Assembly: GCF_002310835.1 (NCBI RefSeq)
Contig: NZ_CP011041.1
Coordinates: 1,080,001 to 1,112,000, forward strand
Direction of reading: 5' to 3'
From: Pseudoalteromonas tetraodonis
GTDB lineage: Bacteria; Pseudomonadota; Gammaproteobacteria; Enterobacterales; Alteromonadaceae
Length of the DNA: 32,000 bases
The translations under genes were made by a program, and so were the position numbers. Below the pieces are notes generated by a model. That model saw nothing but the letters and a program-made list of their open reading frames with translations, was not told where the DNA came from and made no database searches. This document shows, one piece after another, positions 26,704 through 32,000 of the stretch; the stretch's first letter is position 1, and every line of letters starts with the position of its first letter.

Positions 26704-28596
26704 GTGTATCGACGCCCTCCATCTCGATTTGGAATAAACTCACTCAGTGTCAAGTTATCACTGTTGATCTCTGGCATTTGTTTAGTTGCAGGTATTTGTG
26801 CGGCTGCTTTAATGCTCAAATCAGAAGAGAAACAGCTTGTATTTGAAGAGCATGAGGTATTAAAGCAATCAAATGAATTATTAATAAACCAGTTTAATAA
26901 TTTGATAGCGACCAAAGTTAAAATAGCTGAGCAAGCTAATATTGTTGTTAGCGAGCAGTTATTTGAGGGGCAATTATCATTTAAGAATAACAATGCCCCG
27001 ACTATGCAAGTCACCAATGATGGTTCAGTGCGCAGCGCATCTGCCGATGGCTTATCTGCGGCGTTCATTCCCGAAAATGCTTATTCTCCTTTTTATAAAC
27101 AGTTAATTGCAGATTCTGAATCGCTTTGGAAAGTGATTTCCCCCACGTTAATTCAAGATTTTTATAATTTTTACCTGATCACCAAAGATAATTTTATCCG
27201 TGTTGCGCCACCAAATTGGGCACTTAATGTCCCCGGAGATTACACCTTTAATCAAAGCAAAAGTTTTAATTACGCAAAATCGTTAACAAACCCACAACGC
27301 GAGCCGCTGTGGTCACGAGTGTATTACGATGGCGTTTGGAATAAGTGGGTCGTTAGTTTAATTGTACCTATTTATAAAAATGATGAGTTTTTAGGAGTTA
27401 CGGGTAGTGATATTTCTCTCGACTCTCTCATATCGCAATTGCCCGTCGGCGGAAAAGAAAAACATTTAGTGGTGTTCGATAAGCAAGGGCAGCTATTGGC
27501 GCACCCTAATTTAGGAGCCGATAGTTATACCCAATACGGAGAGGCGGGTAAAAAGTTGCTACCTGGCGATTTTATTTCTCCTGAGCTAAAGCGAGTTATT
27601 GATAATGCAGGGCAAATACAATTGCCGGAATATGCCGACTCGTTTTCATTAAATGGTGAAGACTACATTATAAATATCCATAAAGTTGAAGGTGTAAATT
27701 GGTACGTGGGCGTATATAAAAAGCGCTCTTCTACACTATCGGCACTGAAAGACTTAAAACTGAAGTTTTTTGGCTTGTTTATTCTGTATGCCATTTTAGT
27801 TGCTTTGTTATTACATCAAGCACTTTATCAATTAGTTTTAAGACGCCTGCATTCATTGGTTTATGCGGTTACTAACTTTGGTAAAGGCCAGTTAGAAATT
27901 GATTTTCCAAAAGAAAATAAAGATGAAATCGGTACGCTTAATGGTTCATTTAAAGATATGACCATTGAAATCCGCAAACTCATCGATGGCTTAAACCAGC
28001 GCATAATAGAAAAAGAAATTGCAGAAAAGGCTGCAAATCGCTTGTCTAAAGCGGTTGCCTTCTCGGGCACAGGTGTGGTGATTACTGATGAAAACTTTGT
28101 GATTGAATATGTTAATCCAAAAATGCTGGAAATGACCGACTTTGCAGAAAGTGATTTCCTGCGCCAGCCACTTCTGACTATTATTGCTAATGAAATGACC
28201 ATGCTGGTAGAGGACATTGACATTGATTTGCGCAACCGTAATTACTGGCGAGGGGATACCCTTATTGAAGCGCAAAACAAGCCACCCATATGGGTATCGC
28301 TGAGTGTGTCACCTATTCGTGAAGATGGTGGAAAAATCACCAGTTACGTTGCTTCAGCGCAAGATATTTCATTTGTAAAAGAAAGCCAACGCAAAATGGA
28401 ACAGCTCGCTTACTTCGACACATTAACCGGGCTTGCTAATCGTACATTCTTTAGAATGCAGCTTAGAAAGTCGATGGCGCTTGCTGAAAGAGGGCGTTAC
28501 TCGTTTGCTTTATTTTATTTTGATCTGGATGAATTTAAGCGTATTAACGATACTTTAGGTCATGATGCAGGCGATCAACTATCAACTATTGGTTGA
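26704..28596 (+). CDS. N-terminal ORF fragment of the split sensor (dCache-HAMP-PAS plus first part of GGDEF)
   Basis: 630-aa ORF, GTG start. Ends 5 codons after the duplication. Confidence 0.55.
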   Translation: MYRRPPSRFGINSLSVKLSLLISGICLVAGICAAALMLKSEEKQLVFEEHEVLKQSNELLINQFNNLIATKVKIAEQANIVVSEQLFEGQLSFKNNNAPTMQVTNDGSVRSASADGLSAAFIPENAYSPFYKQLIADSESLWKVISPTLIQDFYNFYLITKDNFIRVAPPNWALNVPGDYTFNQSKSFNYAKSLTNPQREPLWSRVYYDGVWNKWVVSLIVPIYKNDEFLGVTGSDISLDSLISQLPVGGKEKHLVVFDKQGQLLAHPNLGADSYTQYGEAGKKLLPGDFISPELKRVIDNAGQIQLPEYADSFSLNGEDYIINIHKVEGVNWYVGVYKKRSSTLSALKDLKLKFFGLFILYAILVALLLHQALYQLVLRRLHSLVYAVTNFGKGQLEIDFPKENKDEIGTLNGSFKDMTIEIRKLIDGLNQRIIEKEIAEKAANRLSKAVAFSGTGVVITDENFVIEYVNPKMLEMTDFAESDFLRQPLLTIIANEMTMLVEDIDIDLRNRNYWRGDTLIEAQNKPPIWVSLSVSPIREDGGKITSYVASAQDISFVKESQRKMEQLAYFDTLTGLANRTFFRMQLRKSMALAERGRYSFALFYFDLDEFKRINDTLGHDAGDQLSTIG

Positions 28597-29713
28597 AGTG
28601 GCAACACGCTTAAAGCAGCGCTTACGAGCAGAAGATACTATAGCCCGTTTAGGCGGTGATGAGTTTGCGGTATTACTCAGTGGTATTGAGCATCAAAAAG
28701 AAGCATCGGAAGTCGCTGACACCATTCAAAAAACGTTAAATCAGCCAATAAAATTAGGTAGTAACGAAGTGATTGTTAGTGCCAGTATTGGTATTACTTT
28801 GGCGCCATTTGATAGCTTAGAAGAAGATCAGTTATTAAAACATGCCGATTTAGCCATGTATGAAGCAAAAGCGAAAGGGCGCAATACGTTCCACTTTTAT
28901 AGCCAAGATCTAAATGCAGCCGCCAATGAGCGATTATTCCTTGAAAATGAGTTGCGCCATGCAATTAAAGAAAAACAACTCACACTGCATTATCAGCCAC
29001 AAGTTGATTGTCGCGATAATAGTGTAGTGGGATATGAAGCATTGCTTCGCTGGTTCCATCCTACGCAGGAATTCATTCCACCTACCAAATTTATTCCTAT
29101 TGCTGAGGCAACGGGTTTAATTGTGGAACTTGGTAAGTGGGTATTACAACAAGCGTGTGAGTTCACTAAACGACTAGAGCAACAAGGTAGAGCGAGCAAC
29201 ATGTCGATAAACCTGTCAGCAAGGCAGTTTAAAGACGCAAGCTTAGTACCTATGCTGAAAAAAATAATCATAGAGACGCAAATTAATGCTAAAAGCCTGC
29301 ACCTTGAACTGACTGAGAGCATGCTAATGGGTAATGTTGAGGCGGCTATTGATCAGCTACATCAATTGAAAAAGCTGGGTATTTCAATTTCTATTGACGA
29401 TTTTGGTACGGGCTATTCTTCGTTGAGTTACCTTAAACGTTTTCCTGTTGATATTCTTAAAATTGACCGCTCGTTTGTTAAAGATATCCCTGAAGATGAT
29501 AATGATATGGAGATCACCGCTGCGATTATTGCGATGGCACAAAAGCTCAAGCTTGATGTGGTTGCTGAAGGGGTTGAAACAATAGAGCAAGTTGAATTTT
29601 TACAAAACAATAATTGTTTTATTGTGCAAGGCTATTACTTTAGTAAGCCCGTAGCCGAAGCCGATATCCCTGTGTTGTTTGATCAATTAGCTGCGTTAAA
29701 AGTCCCTGAATAG
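28562..29713 (+). CDS. C-terminal ORF fragment of the split sensor (rest of GGDEF plus EAL)
   Basis: 383-aa ORF. Its first ~10 residues are out-of-frame relative to the native protein. Confidence 0.55.
   Translation: MMQAINYQLLVEVATRLKQRLRAEDTIARLGGDEFAVLLSGIEHQKEASEVADTIQKTLNQPIKLGSNEVIVSASIGITLAPFDSLEEDQLLKHADLAMYEAKAKGRNTFHFYSQDLNAAANERLFLENELRHAIKEKQLTLHYQPQVDCRDNSVVGYEALLRWFHPTQEFIPPTKFIPIAEATGLIVELGKWVLQQACEFTKRLEQQGRASNMSINLSARQFKDASLVPMLKKIIIETQINAKSLHLELTESMLMGNVEAAIDQLHQLKKLGISISIDDFGTGYSSLSYLKRFPVDILKIDRSFVKDIPEDDNDMEITAAIIAMAQKLKLDVVAEGVETIEQVEFLQNNNCFIVQGYYFSKPVAEADIPVLFDQLAALKVPE
28574..28587 (+). repeat. 7-bp perfect tandem duplication ATCAACT-ATCAACT
   Basis: Read directly: GCG ATCAACT ATCAACT ATTGG. 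Confidence 0.9.
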
Positions 29714-29716
29714 AAC

Positions 29717-29747
29717 AAAAATTGCGGGTTAACCACCCGCAATTTTC
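29717..29747. terminator. bidirectional intrinsic terminator between the sensor gene and yciH
   Basis: AAAA-ATTGCGGGT (29721-29729), TAACC loop, ACCCGCAAT (29735-29743), TTT. Overlaps the last codons of yciH. Confidence 0.65.
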
Positions 29748-30058
29748 ACCTTAAACTTTAATCCTTCTAAAATCGCCTTTAACTTATCGCGATCATCACC
29801 TTGTACTTCAATAACTCCTTCTTTTACTGCGCCACCTTGGCCCATCTTACTTTTTATTGTTTTTGCTAACTTTTTTAAATCGTGCTGTTGGGGATCTAAT
29901 CCTACAACTAGCATTACGCCTTTACCTTTTCGACCTTTGGTTTGACGCTCTATGCGAATAGACCCGTCTTTAAATAGTTTTACATCCAGTTCTTTTTCTG
30001 GCTTTGGCTGGTCAATTCGCCCTGTTGCTGTTGAATACACTAAGTGATTATCACTCAT
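29729..30058 (-). CDS. yciH: SUI1/eIF1-family translation initiation factor-like protein YciH
   Basis: 109 aa from ATG 30058 (MSDNHLVYSTATGRIDQPK...RKGKGV...GGAVKEGVIEVQGD), collinear with E. coli YciH. The track start at 30106 is an unsupported extension. Confidence 0.9.
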   Translation of the reverse strand: MSDNHLVYSTATGRIDQPKPEKELDVKLFKDGSIRIERQTKGRKGKGVMLVVGLDPQQHDLKKLAKTIKSKMGQGGAVKEGVIEVQGDDRDKLKAILEGLKFKVKIAGG

Positions 30059-30293
30059 AATTAACCTATCTAAGATTGAATCTAATATTGGGCTAAATAA
30101 TAACAAATTTGTGACGCAAAGGCGTAATTTTTGCGCCTAAGCTGAACACCTTTTAATCCCGCAAAGATAAACATCCTCTGTTTAAGTACCGCAATAGTGC
30201 TTATGAATAAAAGTGCTTAAGGATTTTAAAAAGCGCTTTAAATTGGCTAGCGCTATAAAAATATCCATGCTACTATTTCGGCATTATAGATGT

Positions 30294-30965
30294 ATGGATG
30301 GCCAAATGATAAATTCTTATTTAGAGCAAGCTCAGCTTAATGTAGAGCAACAGTTAATTAATGCTGAGCTAGAAAAGCTTGAGCAGTACTTAAATAGCAA
30401 TGCTGCACCGGCCGTGCGTTGGCAGTATCAAATTCCAGAACTCGGTGAAGGTGGCGCATGTAGTTTATTCGGCTACTTGCAAGATGAGCCGTTTAATTTA
30501 AACGATTACGTTAGCCAAAATACGCAAACAACGGCAAAGTTAGCGCAACTTCAGTTGATTGTTGACTATGTAATCGAAAACACCCAGTTAGATTGGTATG
30601 GCATCTATCAAAATACGGCCACCCCTGAAGGCGAGCAGTTATTAAAGCTCGCTTATTTTGGTGCACCGAGTCGCCCTTTATTTCCGCTCACCGCTGAATT
30701 TGCAACCGGCAGTAATAATGTGCAAGTGGCACTCAGTGGTAAAGGACGTGTCATTAATAATGTTGAGCAATATTTAGCCGCGGGTGGTGAGTATTACACC
30801 TGCGATCCGAAAGTAAAAGCAGAGGCCTGTTTACCACTATTTAATGCGCAAAAGCAGTGCATTGGCATTGTCGATGGCGAAGCCTTTAGCACGGATTTTT
30901 TTGATAATGCGACACTCGCGTTATTAATTGCATGCTGTATTAAAATTCCTCACTTTTTAGTGTAA
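30294..30965 (+). CDS. GAF-domain protein related to free methionine-R-sulfoxide reductase (YebR/MsrC-like) with a ~110-aa N-terminal extension
   Basis: The C-terminal ~140 aa align by eye with the fRMsr GAF fold (DWYGIY, LKLAYFG, YYTCD, IGIVDGEAFS). The start is uncertain (ATG 30294 or 30306); the GTG at 30213 is unlikely. Confidence 0.55.
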   Translation: MDGQMINSYLEQAQLNVEQQLINAELEKLEQYLNSNAAPAVRWQYQIPELGEGGACSLFGYLQDEPFNLNDYVSQNTQTTAKLAQLQLIVDYVIENTQLDWYGIYQNTATPEGEQLLKLAYFGAPSRPLFPLTAEFATGSNNVQVALSGKGRVINNVEQYLAAGGEYYTCDPKVKAEACLPLFNAQKQCIGIVDGEAFSTDFFDNATLALLIACCIKIPHFLV

Positions 30966-31043
30966 ATAACACTGGTCAATCGAGTGAGTTTTTATGTTAA
31001 GCTTAGCGCAACAGCTAACCCCTAAATAACGAAGAGATAGTCA

Positions 31044-32000
31044 ATGTTCTCAGTATTAAAACCATTACCAACAGACCCTATTCTTGGCCTTATGGCGGCC
31101 TATAAGCAAGATACTAACCCTAATAAGATTGACTTAGGGGTTGGTGTATATAAAGACGAGCAGGGGAATACCCCGGTATTAAAGTCAGTAAAAAAAGCAG
31201 AAGCGTTTCGTTTAGAAAATGAAATGAGCAAATCTTACATTGGTCTTGCTGGTAACTTAGATTACTGTCAACAAATGGAAAATCTTCTTCTTGGTGAGCA
31301 CCCGGCATTATTAGCTAATCGCGTACGCACAGCACAAGCACCTGGTGGTACAGGCGCACTTCGTGTTGCAGCAGAATTTATTGTACGTTGTAACCCAGGC
31401 GCTACTGTATGGGTTACTAACCCAACGTGGGCTAACCACATTAGCTTATTTGAAGCTGCAGGCTTAACTGTTAAAGAATACCCATACTACGACTACGAAA
31501 ACAAAGATTTATTGTTTGATGAAATGGTTGAAACATTAACACAGGTGCCTAAGGGCGATGTTGTGTTATTACATGCATGTTGTCACAACCCAAGTGGTAT
31601 GGATTTAAACGAAACACAATGGAATACCATTGCTGAACTTGCAAAAGATGTGGGCTTTACGCCATTGATTGATATTGCATACCAAGGTTTTGGTTCTTCT
31701 TTAGAAGAAGATGCGAATGGTTTACGTATTTTAGCCAATGCGGTTGAAGAGTTGATCATTTGTTCATCATGTTCTAAAAACTTTGGCTTATACCGTGAGC
31801 GTATTGGTGCGTGTTCAATTATTGCAAAAGACAGTGCAACCGCTGATATTTCAAACTCGGTATTATTAAGTGTGGTACGTAGCATTTATTCTATGCCGCC
31901 AGCGCACGGTGCAGACATTGTAAACACCATTTTAAGCAGCACAGAGTTAACGCAGTTATGGCACAGTGAACTTGATGAAATGCGTAACCGTATTAATGGT
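31044..32000 (+). CDS. aspC: aspartate/aromatic-amino-acid aminotransferase (AspC/TyrB family), 3'-truncated by window edge
   Basis: Not in the ORF track because no stop is reached. My translation from ATG 31044 gives MFSVLKPLPTDPILGLMAAYKQDTNPNKIDLGVGVYKDEQGNTPVLKSVKKAE...HACCHNPSGMD...SSCSKNFGLYRERIGA...SMPPAHGA, collinear with E. coli AspC and including the PLP-lysine motif SKNFGLY. 319 codons are open to the window end. Confidence 0.9.
   Translation, partial: MFSVLKPLPTDPILGLMAAYKQDTNPNKIDLGVGVYKDEQGNTPVLKSVKKAEAFRLENEMSKSYIGLAGNLDYCQQMENLLLGEHPALLANRVRTAQAPGGTGALRVAAEFIVRCNPGATVWVTNPTWANHISLFEAAGLTVKEYPYYDYENKDLLFDEMVETLTQVPKGDVVLLHACCHNPSGMDLNETQWNTIAELAKDVGFTPLIDIAYQGFGSSLEEDANGLRILANAVEELIICSSCSKNFGLYRERIGACSIIAKDSATADISNSVLLSVVRSIYSMPPAHGADIVNTILSSTELTQLWHSELDEMRNRING

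Larger units (their letters stand above)
26704..29713 (+). pseudogene. membrane sensor diguanylate cyclase/phosphodiesterase (dCache-HAMP-PAS-GGDEF-EAL) split by a 7-bp tandem duplication
   Basis: ORF 26704-28596 (TM, Cache-like periplasmic domain, TM, HAMP, PAS, start of GGDEF) and ORF 28562-29713 (rest of GGDEF with RLGGDEFAV, and EAL with YEALLRW, DDFGTGYSS, AEGVET, QGYYFSKP) are contiguous parts of one protein. Deleting one ATCAACT copy restores GHDAGDQLLVEVATRL and a 1000-aa ORF. Confidence 0.85.

Noticed and set aside
30961-30978. TGTAAA-N6-TGGTCA upstream of the aminotransferase gene as a TyrR box.
   Set aside because: Only one half-site matches (9 of 12 positions overall, 3 of 6 in the right half). 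This is not distinguishable from chance in AT-rich DNA.

Overview
AT-rich gammaproteobacterial chromosome segment. Gene content and similarity to E. coli/Vibrio orthologues suggest a marine Alteromonadales (Pseudoalteromonas-like) genome; this is inference and cannot be verified here. The window is mostly conserved core genome. In order: a type IV pilus minor-pilin/adhesin cluster (5'-truncated pilW, pilX, pilY1, pilE) convergent with two GspH-type FimT/FimU-like pseudopilins; glnB; bamD divergent from rluD-pgeF(yfiH)-clpB; a frameshifted Aer-like PAS chemoreceptor; gshA; a lipoprotein; corB(yfjD)-ypjD divergent from ffh; rpsP-rimM-trmD-rplS; a MYG1-family gene; convergent tyrA and pheA; a dCache-HAMP-PAS-GGDEF-EAL sensor split by a 7-bp tandem duplication; yciH; a GAF-domain protein; and a 3'-truncated AspC/TyrB-type aminotransferase that the ORF track misses because it runs off the window. 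I found no rRNA, tRNA, CRISPR, transposase/IS, prophage or recognisable defence or toxin island, and no novel multi-gene system. The most interesting signals are non-coding or lesion-level. (1) An unannotated ~73-nt candidate small RNA on the minus strand has a textbook sigma-E promoter (GAACTT-N16-TCTGA) and a strong terminator, and sits convergent with gshA, the position MicA occupies in E. coli. (2) A 264-bp GC-richer element with perfect 16-bp terminal inverted repeats lies between gshA and that sRNA and supplies the gshA stop codon. (3) Two sensory genes are disrupted although all their catalytic or signalling motifs are intact. (4) A Phe-rich leader peptide and attenuator precede pheA, and TyrR-box-like sites precede tyrA. 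(5) PilY1 carries a G8 tract, twin Cys-bracketed loops and two EF-hand-like loops, and the neighbouring FimT-like pseudopilin has a C-terminal GRxR motif.
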